Shown here: positions 14,401-26,289 of the stretch, piece by piece
Layout of the letters: every line of letters starts with the position of its first letter
Position numbering within the stretch: the first letter of the stretch is position 1
Assembly (NCBI RefSeq): GCF_963853765.1
Contig: NC_088858.1
Location: 12,834,001 to 12,898,000 of the forward strand
DNA from: Magallana gigas
Taxonomy: Eukaryota
Length of the DNA stretch: 64,000 nucleotides
Direction of reading: 5' to 3'
The notes under the pieces: generated by a model
Database searches by the model: none
Told to the model about the DNA's origin: nothing
What the model saw: only the letters and a program-made list of their open reading frames with translations
Program-made: the position numbers and the translations under genes

Positions 14401-16406
14401 GTCGGTTATAAAGCTATGGTTTATTCAATGATATTATGATACAGAAAAATAAAATCAATTGGCAGAGAGCCATTGCTCTTTGAAGCGTCTATTTTGAGTT
14501 GTCCATAACTTCACACTAATAGATGTGGCAATGACTTCTACTGATTCAGAAAATTATGCTCAGTGATATACATCAAATTAAGGTAGTGTTGGACACTTCC
14601 ATGTTGTGACATATTGTTTATCGAAATAAACAAGAAAATGAAGTGTAATTATATACATGTAAGTAGTTTCTTTTCCAATATTGGCACCTAATAGCATAGC
14701 GCAGTGGATTAGAGGGTTGACTACGAAGCTGTAGGTCATTAGTTCGAATCACGCTAGGGTTTTTACAATTTTTACCTCTCCAAATATTAAAAACTGGTTT
14801 TTGGTTAAATATTGTAAAATTTGAAAATTCCAAACTGGTGAAAGTATTTCAATTATGATGTACTTTAATCCACATTAATATTGACAGATGTCCCATACCA
14901 CCTAAGTTGAATGTAAATGAGAAGCAATCACTATTTTTGCTGTTTCTATTATGAAAAACAGTCAATTTTGTTAGCTTGTGTTGTTTTTTTTTTATCATTT
15001 ATCTAGTATAAGCGCTTACTTGAAAGGAGATATGTATATGTCAAGTACAAACTTGGTCAATGAACTCATATTCCATGACACGACAGTATGTTACACATTA
15101 TTTGTCCAACTCAATCATTGAAAGATGCAAGCTAGCCATCAATATTGTCAATACATAAATTGCTGTATGCACATTATATAAATGAGGTGTGAAGAATGTT
15201 TATTCGGTGTTTCACAGAATCCACTGAGAGATGGAGATTACAGTTATTTATATAGAATTTTGTACCCATTCTCACCTCCCTGTCTAGTTTTGTAGATAAT
15301 GATAGTGTGTGCCAGGTTATTTCTGATAGCCACTTGTTCTGCAATGAATTTTACCTCCGAGTATAATTATAACACAAGGTATCGAACTCCAAATAGTCTA
15401 AGTACACCCCTTCTGTTAATTGTAGTTATTGTACCTTTCAAAGAACAACTCCAGTTCATCATTTATCATTAATAATTGATTAATCAAAATTAAATTCTTT
15501 TGAAAAGCATTGTATGCATTTATAACTTTGTATTGTATTTCTTAATATAAAACTCCTTAGTCCATAGTACGGTACTTAGATACTTTTGCTCATGTGGCAC
15601 ATGGGCCCTCAGGGTTTTTTTTTTTTTTTAAGGAAAGGGGGGGGGGGGGGTAACATCAATTTCTCTCCTCTTTTGTGGTGGTGGGGATTGGGGAGGTTGA
15701 TCATTTTGGACCTTCCTTATTTTGTGTGATTCTAAATAATCATTGGGATTATCATTAAATGCAGGCATTGGCATTGACTATAATAGTGATATACAAATTA
15801 GTCTATTATATCAGAAGTGCTATGTAAATAAATTATATTATAAAATAACTTGTTAAATTCACACTGTTTGATTCCATTGTTGTTTTTCTCTTTCATTTAT
15901 CTCTGTGATAGACTGTGTTATTGATCCAATCTTCCCATTCAGCCATTTCACTCTGATCCATTAACATAAAAGAGAAGCTAAAATACCTGTTGTTAATCCA
16001 GTTTAGTTTTTCTCTGTCAAAAGCAGATGGACAATCAAATTATAATATTTTTATTGAAACCTGAGAAATAGCAAAGAATGGAGGAGAAGATAGCTTGAAA
16101 ACTTCAATTCAAAGCCTGTTTACACAAATCTGCAACACAAATCTATGCTAGATTCTGATAATTGTGTCGTAGGCAATGACATCAACAGATCATTAACTCT
16201 GTGTCTTGTTACAAGGGATATTGCTTACTGTTTCTACTGCTGGTGAGGACGACATTTAACGGGTGGTTTACACCTCTCTTGTGTTTCAGATCTGGATTCA
16301 GAAATCAAAAGAAGGAGATAATAAGAAGAGAAAACGAGAAGAGGAAGAAATTCCCACAAGGAAGGTCAACCCCAAACTGGCGGGCTTTGCCTTCTCCAAA
16401 GACTAA
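2437..16406 (+). CDS. WDHD1: WD repeat and HMG-box DNA-binding protein 1 (AND-1/Ctf4), ~27 coding exons
   Basis: Spliced translation: MPSCSPLRYAHSEGLTSLCYDDKGK (2437-2510) / YILTCGSDGDVRIWE (2683-2794) / FPGGSPDGILARFT / GHEAPVLSVALDP / ASSSCDGSV; SepB region PQGAFQPGSTP...RFM|VWNAVGII...IDIEFHNTAIHH (5911-6633); HMG box KSAFDLWFEE...FRKIPKEERQ (12387-12522); last exon IWIQKSK...KLAGFAFSKD* (16290-16406). Motifs match AND-1 from memory; GT-AG junctions. Confidence 0.95.
6672..6852. mobile_element. Tc1/mariner (Tigger/pogo-like) MITE in a WDHD1 intron
   Basis: TA|CAGTACATTTGAACTTCGGTATCTCGAAC ... GTTCGAGATAACGAGGTTTGACTG|TA: imperfect TIRs and TA TSD. Confidence 0.8.
9196..9688 (+). mobile_element. 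Non-autonomous Helentron/HINE-like element
   Basis: 5' TTATTCCCTCGTGCAACTTGTTGCG, short microsatellite-like stretch (gtgcgtgtatgtat), 3' subterminal inverted copy GTCGCAAGGGA followed by hairpin GCTCCGCtgtGCGGTGC and TTGTT. Confidence 0.6.
13522..13728. mobile_element. TA-flanked MITE (CTGTA...ACAG family)
   Basis: TA|CTGTATACAGAGG...TTGCCC ... GGGCAAATATTTCCCTATAAACAG|TA; a related copy in the opposite orientation lies at ~37527-37990. Confidence 0.7.
14582..14902 (+). mobile_element. TTAA-flanked (Kolobok-like) non-autonomous element with internal tRNA-like segment
   Basis: TTAA|GGTAGTGTTGGACA ... TGTCCCATACCACC|TAAG imperfect TIR; internal TAGCGCAGTGG and GTTCGAATC boxes at ~14695-14750. 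Confidence 0.6.
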
Positions 16407-16800
16407 CTACTGATATAGTGGAGTTTTATGTGTAATTTATTATAGAAAAAGTTGTTTGTTATATATACCATAATGTGTATAAAACAATTTTGTTATGGCA
16501 AGGTTATAAATCAGACAGAGCACTTAGACATTCATGGCAAAGGAAGTTGTAGACAGGTGCTTGTTATAGAGCTAACAGTGTGAATATTTCATTGTTCTGT
16601 CCTTCCAACCAGACTTAACAGTCTTGGATACTGCCTGTTACATTATGTGAAAATGAATTCATAACAATGGGTGCATATAAATATATTGTGAAAATAGACT
16701 TTGGTGTTGTTGTTAATTGGCCTCAGGTCTATTTGTGATGAAACTACATTTCAATTAATTAAGGTGTGCATTTTTGTAGAAAAAGTAACAATAATTAGAA

Positions 16801-17679
16801 TCACGGATTCCTATCACAATTATATGCAACGTTTTCAAAAGCAACATTGTTGTTCCTGTAGGTTTTTATAATGACGTCTGACTTTGCAAATTGCGGCGCG
16901 GCCTTTTCAATATTCGGTTCTCTGCACGCCACTTGATATGAGTAACGACGTAACGTTTTTGTCGCGTTGACGTAATCTTCCGGTAGCGTCATGTTTGCAC
17001 TTCCTGGAGAGGAACTAGACACACTCCGCGGAGGGCATCGTTGTAAATTGTCCGACACCGAACTCTTATTGTTGTTTTGTATTGTAGGTCCGTGGCGGTC
17101 CTCAAAGGACTTCATGACGCCATCTGTAAGACTTTCCATGGAAGCAATATGACGTAACGATGTGTCGATTGAATATACGGAATTTTGTGGTGAATTTCTC
17201 TCATTGTTAAGATTTGTTGATGTCTTTTCGTACTTTGGCGGTGACCTGCTGTTATTTATAGAAGTAGGACCACAAGGACTCTTTTCGTTGTTACTTTTTT
17301 GCGATTCGGTTTCTTTATATTGGAAGGACACGTTTTCTTTATTTTTGTCGGAAACGACGTGTTTTGGCGATTCGTCGATCTGGCCCATGTTAATATAGGC
17401 TTGTCGTTTTAGTCTGACGGCCCGCAATGCTTCCTCTTTGGCCTTTATGAATTTCTTGATCTTTCTCCGATCTCTGAAACACATATCTAGAATCGTTAGG
17501 TTTTGCTTTTATAAAGAAAAGAATGAGACATAGAAGACCTCAATTAAGATACGATTCTATAGAAAATTGTCCTACCTGACTGCTTTAATTGCGGAAATGA
17601 TACAAATAAAAATGAATAATCCTCCAAAAAGAACGATGAAAAATATCGCCGCAAAGTCCTTTGCTAACATTGCCGCCAT
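16801..17679 (-). CDS. Uncharacterised single-pass membrane protein (~258 aa) with long Ser/Asn-rich cytoplasmic tail
   Basis: Exon 17679-17576 gives MAAMLAKDFAAIFFIVLFGGLFIFICIISAIKAVR (TM helix) with a phase-2 GT donor. It joins the phase-2 acceptor at 17473 to DRRKIKKFIKAK...NVAFENVAYNCDRNP*. A basic stop-transfer cluster follows the TM. Confidence 0.8.
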
Positions 17680-18537
17680 GTTACATTATTTTCTGCAAAT
17701 AAATATGCCGATTTCTGATTATGGGGCGATGCATTTTAACAATTGGCGATTGATTTATCTAGAAACAGTGACGGAGAAAAAAAAATCTCTTCTGTTAAAG
17801 TACCTGTTATTGATCCACGGAGAAATTAAATCCTTTGTCATACGGAAAGAGAATGTGGTACCTTCATTGTCAAAACATTTAACTGTTCCTTTTCCCTCCA
17901 ATTTTCTTTTTGACGGTTAATCTTGCTGATGCACCGAAAGGTGATTATAGTATATCATCTTGAAGCAGGTCTCCCATCGTCAATTATTAACTGAATGAAT
18001 GTGATTCCTGCCTCATGGTTCTCCCGAGGCTACCACACAGCAGTGATCCTTAGAAAACAAAGCAATGGAGAATTTATTAGAATTTTATGTGCATTTTTTT
18101 CCTAGGTGTGCGTGTTCAACATGTTATGTTTCGTTCAGATATCCCCATGAGCTCTCGACATTATTTTAATTCCGTAAATTGATTGTTTACACGCCAAGAA
18201 AATTTAATTAGCTTCCCCGAATTATTGCAGTAGCCTGTTCAGAACTTAGAACCCACGGGAGATATTGCCGAACTCGTGAGGAGAATACATGTGCAGCAAC
18301 AACAAAAAATTGGAGAGAGAGATCTAACAATCAAGACTACTGCGGTACATGTAATTTCATTTATTTTTAGAACCCTTACATTATGAATTATTCAAAGCTG
18401 TTTTGACCTACATCGTGGTCCTAGAATTTACCATAATTGTTTCTGAAGCAATATGTACTGGCAGTGGCCGAGTAGTATTATATATATAGTATGGTGGCAT
18501 ATCTCTGCCCCTTGTGTGCAAGTTATTTTTCTATCAA

Positions 18538-18630
18538 ATATGTCGACATGCAAGATAAATATGTTGACATGCAATATAGTTATGACAACATGCAACATAA
18601 CTATGTTGACATGCAAGAAAACTACCATAA
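18538..18630. repeat. ~21-bp tandem minisatellite (ATATGTTGACATGCAAGATAA-like), ~4 copies
   Basis: GACATGCAA/AACATGCAA recurs at ~21-nt spacing. Confidence 0.75.
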
Positions 18631-20242
18631 TATAGACAAAAATTGCATTGAACAAAACTTTGCAGGTAAAAAAAATTCTGCATGGCGGGAGAAATAAAAC
18701 CGGATGATTGCATTGTGCTGTTTATATAAAATAAGATCAGATCATGCAATGCATTGGTATTACTTTCATCGAAACAGAAAGACGATTTTATTTTACAGAT
18801 ATCGCAAATATCATCCTCAGAATTGTCTTGTTAATAAAAAAAATCAAATTAGATTTTATAAACAAGAAACATCAAAGAATGCTTTGGATATTGGCCTCAT
18901 ATATTAATATCGTTAAAATCTAAACTGCGTGCGTCTGACTAGGAGAGAATTATTTTGGATTTTATGTTTTAGCGATAACTCTTCTTATCGTTATGTGTAA
19001 CTTATTTTTTTTAACATGATAAACATTTTTGAGAGAAACTTACTGAAATACCTACTTACATTGAGATTCTTTCATAAATGAAATACTAGTACCGGTATTA
19101 CATTGAAGTCAACTGATTTCGTACTCCAACTTATTAATTTCGGATGGGGGGGGGGGCGACCTAAGTTGGTCACCTGATAATTTTTTGTTTTTATTTTTAT
19201 TAACAACGACAGATAGAGATATTTATGTCTTATAACGTTAAAACAAAGGATATTTATTGAATCAAATCAACAACATAGCAAGAGCAAGCAAGACAGAAAA
19301 AATTGCGAGATAAATACTCGATTTTGGAATGTAGACACAGGAGTATATTTAGTGTACCTTCCTGAGCTTATGCGCAATTGTCATGTAAAGGCCGTACTGT
19401 ATCCCGTTCAAATATGCATAATAAGTATATCTGCACTCAAAATTATTTCACGTCCTTATTTCTTCATGTTTTGGTTTCCTCTTCCAATTAATGTTTTATT
19501 TGGAATTTGTATTTGAGAATAATATTAAGAGGACAAGCTTTAATTCTTTTCAAAATCCATTAATCCAATGAAAATTTTACAAATGTACCTCGAGAATGTT
19601 TATTGCACTTCAACTATTAAAATGATTATATTATGGTGAAAATATACATTAGCTTTTCGTCTAGAGACCGGTAAAATTGTCATGTACTTTCGACTTTGCA
19701 ATACATATATGCACAAACATAAACAGATCAAGATTATAATTGCATCTTAATACAGTGCCAATGTTAACTCCAAATACCTTACCTTGTGCAGAAACAGTTA
19801 AGATGAGCGGCATTAAATAGCGATCGGTTTTCTCGAACCATGGATTAGCATTGGATTATCCAATTCGTTCCAATCGGTTTTGTTCAAACAATGAAAATAT
19901 ATAGTCCAATCGCTGTTATAGGCGATTAATTCTTTGAGAGCAACCGCTCTGACAGTGTTAAGGTAGTAGTACACGATGGAACTGAATTGCCTAGCCTTAG
20001 ATATGGAAATATCAGATGTAGTATCGTATATAGTCTCATAAAAAAAAAATAATAAAAAAAAAAAAACCTTACCTGAATAGCGTACGATCAGCTTCTTACG
20101 GCGAAGCACTACCATCTGTTGCTATCGATCCGTGAAAGCCGTGCTTCAAGTACCTATGTATTGATATAAAATATATGCTAGTTAACAAGGCATTGCAAAG
20201 ATGGGCTTTTTCATATTTGTACAATGCATTCATTGATGGCAG

Positions 20243-20256
20243 TGACGTCACGTGAC
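20243..20256. promoter_or_regulatory. Overlapping palindromic CRE (TGACGTCA) and CLEAR/E-box (GTCACGTGAC)
   Basis: Sequence TGACGTCACGTGAC; lies just upstream (minus sense) of candidate 5'UTR exons near 20073-20152 and ~19790. Confidence 0.5.
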
Positions 20257-20932
20257 ATAAGGTAACTACGTAATAAGAAGCCAAACCATGGATTTTTAAA
20301 GATGTGACACATGCATGTACATTGTGACAGTTTGGTTTTAATGCCCTGGAAATTTATTTTTCTGTGTTTTTTGTTTTTCGGACACTTATCCTTACAGTTC
20401 GCACTCTGTCTGTGAAAATGTTTATTTCGTCTAGATATGCTCCAGTAACGCTATTCAAACATGCTCCCGCTGTTACGTGTATGGACTGCCGGTAGATCCA
20501 CTACAAATCAATGAATTCGCCTTTTGTATAATTACTTTTTGTGCAAAGACAATGACACGACTGCGGTTATTAATATCATCTTATTATTCTTGTCATATTT
20601 TCAATGCATGCAAACATTAGACTAAGTAGTTAATGCGTTTTTCTGAAGTTAATAGTGTCCTACGTTCGCTTGTTTAATCGGTCGCGAAACAATATAGCAC
20701 GTGTATTCGAATTATGGCATTCAATATACATGTATATCAAGGACCAGTCTGAAACATTTTTACATAGATCATCTAAAACATTGTGTTGAATTTGATTTAA
20801 TTTAATTAATTTCATTTTATTTTCTACTATTAAATTTCAAAAGCAAAAAAAATTGTCTTGTTGTAACCTTCGAATTATATCTTGGTGACAACCTCTGCCC
20901 TTATGCGTCTCGTCCAAGAACTGACATGTGCT

Positions 20933-21413
20933 ATAGTCTGTCCCAAGTTATTGCTTCCCGGCCATCACTTTTGATGATTTTTAATAAAAATTCACATACC
21001 TGTGAAGGGAGTACAGTTGAAATCAATGATGGGAATATATCCAAGATATCTTCATTGACAAATTATCCCTTTTCACTCATAAAATTTCACAGGTACGAAA
21101 ATAATTTTCTTACGGAGATTTATAATGGGAAATGTTTACATCTTTTCTCCATTCGGAAGTACTCGGGACACCTCGCGCAATTTTTCAACGTTATCATCCG
21201 AGCTTACTAATGGCTGATGCAATGCAAAATCTCCGTAGACTTTCTATTTTGGGATGTGTATTGAAACCTGAAGCCATAGAGGGGGCGTTTCAAAACAGAT
21301 AATGTGGACATTTTTTCATATCAATGGATGAACATAGTTTGAGCACAAAGGTATTTATTATTATCGAAATATCAAGCGAAAATTGGTGGAAGCAATAACT
21401 CAGGACAGGGTAT
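20933..21413. mobile_element. MITE with ~28-bp imperfect TIRs
   Basis: TATAGTCTGTCCCAAGTTATTGCTTCC ... GGAAGCAATAACTCAGGACAGGGTAT; a partial inverted copy lies at ~47965-48630 in POLD2 intron 1. Confidence 0.6.
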
Positions 21414-21535
21414 CCGAAACCCCAGTCACTCTTTTTCGATTGGTTTTGCTAACCCCCGTGAACTGATACTTCGCTGTGAGAGAATTTACTAAAACTACAC
21501 TTACTGAAGTGAAGTTATGATTAACTGACTGATAA

Positions 21536-21680
21536 TTGATTGGTTGATGAACCATTTCTGTTGGTAAGACTAATAGTTGATTGGTTGATGAACCATTTCT
21601 ATTGATAAGACTGGTAGTTGATTGGTTGATGAACCATTCGTATTGCTAAGAATGACAGTTGATTGATTGATGAACCACTA
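21536..21680. repeat. 41-bp tandem repeat, ~3.5 copies
   Basis: TTGATTGGTTGATGAACCA starts at 21536, 21577, 21618 and 21659. Confidence 0.85.
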
Positions 21681-21849
21681 CAAGATTGCTACAAGTTCAA
21701 GTGTATCGCTTACCGACCTCTGTAATGGATTTGAATCATTTCCGAGGAATAAATTAGGTCTATGAGTATTTATGTAGAAAGAACAACAACTAGTACTTTA
21801 GCATGTGCCATTTTTAGTTTGACTTTATTAAAGCTTACTGTAAAATTAG

Positions 21850-22591
21850 AAAGAAGATGGGTGGATAAGGCGTGTAAAATGCCCATACGCGGTTGGCCAG
21901 GCTACTAAAAAATTAAAGTATCAACAAATCTGATGATTTTTTTTGAAATAAATTAAAACAATATATATTTAACGAATCATTGGTTTGTAACCTGTAGGTA
22001 TGTTCAATACTTGGAATATGTTGACTCAAACAGGCGTATACGTATCAAAACCTGCAAATATTGTCATTTTTTAGAACTTTAAGGCATTTTCTTTTATAGA
22101 GTGGGTCTGTGCTCCATATTTTTCTCATAGTCTAATTAAGGTCTAATGGAAAACAAACCGATTTCAATCAACAAAAACGTGGAGAGATGACCCACTATAC
22201 ATTAAAAATATAATTTTGTATCCCAACAACTGAACGTATTGAAAAAATAATACAAGTCCGGTAATTCGTGACCTTAGTCACACATACTAATTAAAAAGCC
22301 GCCTTTGTTGTGTCTGAAATGGCTCAGATGTTAGAGTACCTGGCATAAGCTAACCGTATATATCTAGGGTTTTTATGTTACGGGTTCGATACCACCAAAA
22401 TTTCCGACAATATTTTTTTCCTTATTTTTTGTTAAATATATTAAAAACTGACTATAGTTAGAAATTTTGCTTTTGCAAAGTTGTATTATAAAATATTTGA
22501 ATAGATTTAATTGGGGGAAAATAAATTTGAAATTGTATTTCACTACTAAACCGAATGGGCATTTGCGCCATCTTATTCCCCCATCTTCTTT
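21850..22591 (+). mobile_element. ~740-bp TIR element with internal tRNA-like A/B boxes (copy 1)
   Basis: AAAGAAGATGGGTGGATAAG ... CTTATTCCCCCATCTTCTTT; collinear, highly similar copy at 53901-54647. Confidence 0.85.
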
Positions 22592-23017
22592 GAAAAGAAC
22601 AGTCAAAAGAAAATACAGAACCCTCCAAGTGTCAATGTGTAAATGCCAAACGTTGCCTTTGGCGCTTTCAATAACGTCTTGACACTAGAAATCAAATGGG
22701 TTTGATTCTTGTGGAACATACTGGTTACTGTGACGCTTTCTTGACTGTAATCACGTTGGGGCATGGTTTGCGCATTCTGGGGACATTTTCGGTATGCCTG
22801 CACCCTTTCGAACATCAAATATTGTAATCGGTGTGAATAGGCGACTGTGTTTCTTTAGGACGCCGAGATCTAAAACAGTAAGTCTTGTAAGTACACATTC
22901 ATGGATAATGTTCCAGGAAGTCCGCGGTAGTTTTATCTTTTACCAATTCACCGACCCCTTTCTTTATTTATGGTTACATTGAAATTAGAACCATTATTAC
23001 AAGGCCTTGGACTTTCC

Positions 23018-23210
23018 ATAGGACGTAGCTATCACTTCTTGCGTCAAAACATGTTAAAAATGATGCTGGATTCAAGTGAAATATGTACCGATTGCGTAGT
23101 CTTAGCTCAGAAGCCAGACAAATCGTGTTGATTTCAATGAGCTTTCACTGAGTGGGCAGCAATGAAATAGACAGGCATACGTGACATTGCTGTTTGACAC
23201 AAGTACCCAA
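23018..23210 (+). repeat. Dispersed repeat (copy 1; copy 2 at ~37652-37835)
   Basis: TAGGACGTAGCT...AATGAAATAGACAGGCxTACGTxACATTGCTGTTTGxCAC is shared by both loci. Confidence 0.7.
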
Positions 23211-25462
23211 AGTCCAAGCTCCTGTTATAATGGTTCTAATGTTAAAACGGGCTTGGCCTCTGTGGTTTTTCCGCTCTGTGAAGACGATATTGGTGATAAA
23301 AAAAATTAACCTGAAAATATCGGAGGGGTCATTATAATGTACGATATTTTGAATCCCTATGTTTTATAAAATTCGATATGCATAGTTTGACATAATATCA
23401 ACACACTGTTTATTATCATCATGTGGACTGTTCAAGTATTTCCGTATGTATATGTTTGCCTCGCCCGTAAAGGTTTGTCTCGTAAAATATTCAGTTATAA
23501 AATGCCCTTTAGGACACATCCTTCGGCATCCAGATTCACGGTGATGACAAAAGCATTCCTAAAAAAGATGAGGATCTGGAAGAAATGACCACTTGGATGG
23601 GTACCGTAAACACACTATTCTGTTATCCAGTTGTTGGATTGCATAAAGCAACTCAGTTTCACCAGCAATATTTCATTCAAGAACATGCCAATGTGCGTAT
23701 ATGAAATGGCGAAAATCCGCTTATTGATTTATTTAAAAACATGTAAAACCAATTTTGAGTTTTTTAAAAAGTTCTTTTGGTTAAAATTGCTTGATAGCAC
23801 TTTGAGAACTTGAAAAAGAAACATTTCCAACTGCACGAAGACGGTTTGACTACAGGCACGTATGTACCATCATTTTTTAAAGAGGTGGCTGACTTACCCG
23901 AAATCTTGACAAGCAGAAAAAGAACATTCTTCATTCTTCGAAATCCTAATCCATGGGGGGGGGGGGGGGGAGGAGGGGGGGGGGGGGGGGGTAGCACCCA
24001 AAAATTCTTTTATTAGCTTTCACCTAAGTAAATAGAGGTACTGAAGAACGTGTCATTTAAAAAAAAAATTCCTAGTACATACGTCATGTGACACTATAGT
24101 GCATGATATAGACACTACGATAACTCTAAAAACTACCTTGGTAAAAAAAATTGAATAAATGATTTTAAAAAATACTTTAAATTCTTTTTTAATTATCATG
24201 CTCAATAAGGACCAAAAGGGAAGCGGTTTATATACATAGTCCTGTTGGAAATCGCGATTTTTTTTTACTTATATTATGTGAAACTATTCAAACTAAAGTG
24301 ATACATGACACACCGTTCTTTTAATAATAAAAAATTTTAATAGCACATGTAGCATCGGGAGGGGTGGATGCTCTTACATATACTAGAAAATATTGAATTT
24401 GAAGGAACTGCCCCACCCATTTTGTGCGCGGATTTATATGGGATTGTCCCACCCTTGAAAATTTATCAAATTCACAACATAGTTAATTTACGAAATAGGC
24501 CTCGGATCATAAGTGGTAAATGGTACTACATGTACTTATTTATTATCAGGTCAAATGTTTTCTCTAACGAATTGATATAAGTACAAGCTACTAAATGTGC
24601 CGCAGCGAGCCCGACAGGGCCGACTTTGAAAACATGGTACTTCGACTATTTTCATGACCAGTTCACTTCGCTCCATTAATTTCCAGGCATAATAGTACAT
24701 TATAAAGCGAGGTATGTATTCAATCATCACTCCCATAATTGCTAAAAAAGATCCACGGGGAAATGGACTGATGTTTGACCGAATTTTCTCGGTGATATAC
24801 ATACATCCATGATCTACACACATATCATTACACATACAGCAGTCCATGTCTTGATCTGTGACAGTGCTGTATTGGGTCTAAAGGCTTAGTCTGTTTAAAA
24901 AAAATCTTTATTATGAATAGCTCTATTTTTTTTTATAGTTGCTCGAAATGTCAAAGGACATAAAAACCATTCCTAAGTCAGATTGATCGTCCGAAATAAT
25001 TTATATACTCGGAATATTTTAAAAGTGCTTTATCGAATCATTGAGTTATAGGCATTTCTTTTATTATTTATTTATTTTATGAAAGATATGGTATTAACTG
25101 TCACGGTGTTGTTGAAGATGAACATCATTTTTATTTATATGTCCTCTTTATAAACAACAACGAAGTGAATATTTTTCATTTTTGAATAATCATTACATAA
25201 TGCATGTACGTTTTATAAAATTCTTAACCCAGCAGATGTGAAATCAACAAGAAATATATGTAACTTCGACCGTGAGGCATTCAACATAAGAACATCTATG
25301 TACATTTATTTTGTATACTTTATATATATGTATGACTTGCGCCATGTGTGGTTTTTGTCAATAAATTGAATTGAATTGAAATATTAATATTTCGTTTACA
25401 TAATAAATTTCAACAATTTTTTTTAATTTGATGAACAGATCTTTTTTTTCATCCTTCAGAAA

Positions 25463-26037
25463 ATGTCCTTTTTACACATCGTTCGCAGAAGCTTCAGGTA
25501 AGTTAAGGCTACAGATAATGATATTATATTGAAATACTTCCCCAAATTACAAAAGTAAAATCATACTTCATTTGATAGTTACGCACAATGAGTGTTAAAA
25601 ATGAATATAAATGTATGATCTTTTATTCATATACTTGGACCAGATATTTGATCTTTTTCAGTACCACGCCACAGCTTAATGAACTTCGACTCTTGAGTAG
25701 AGTTAAAGTTGTAGACAACAGTAAAATAGGAAGAAATGCTAAGCAGTCAGGGAGACCTGTAAAGGTTATCAATGTTTATAAAAAGCCCCCAGTTGGACGT
25801 CTTGGAGACAAAGTTCTTGTAACTATTGAACACGAGAAGAAGAAAGCGTACATTGTGGGATGTAAACAGAGGCAGCAAACCTTGGTTCCCAAATTTGACA
25901 GTAATAATGTTGTCCTTGTTGATGATAATGGGCAGCCGTTAGGAACGAGGATTAGAGCACCAATTCCATCTTGTTTACGAGCAAACACGGATCCAAATTT
26001 TGTGAAAATTCTGTCTTTAGCCACTACATTTGTATAA
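25463..26037 (+). CDS. MRPL14: 39S mitochondrial ribosomal protein L14 (~136 aa)
   Basis: Exon 25463-25497 (MSFLHIVRRSF, transit-peptide-like) plus 25662-26037: LSRVKVVDNS..GDKVLVTI..KKAYIVG..PKFDSNNVVLVDDNGQPLGTRIRAPIP, the uL14 signature; AATAAA downstream. Confidence 0.95.
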
Positions 26038-26289
26038 CATGTTTATAAATATGTTTTAGTATGCATTTAATTTTGAAATTTGTTAATAAAACTATAAAAT
26101 AATAAAAGTCTGCAACTTTGTTTAGTTATTTTGAAGATCATCCTAGACGTACATTTAACTTACGAAAAAAAAAAATAGAAAATGAAATGATTAGTACCCT
26201 TTTATTTTATTTAAAACATGCACAAAAATGAAGATAATAGAAAATAAAAAACAAGTAGCAGTATTATTGGAATTTCATTGCACTGAAAG

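Noticed and set aside
14695-14750. tRNA genes at A/B-box sequences (also ~22320-22395, ~54372-54446, ~50530-50590)
   Set aside because: No complete cloverleaf; each is embedded in a repeat.
22603-22890. GC-richer, exon-like segment with splice signals on both strands
   Set aside because: No consistent open frame or recognisable product.
23764-24016. Poly-Pro / poly-Gly ORFs
   Set aside because: Translation of a poly-G tract within a repeat remnant.
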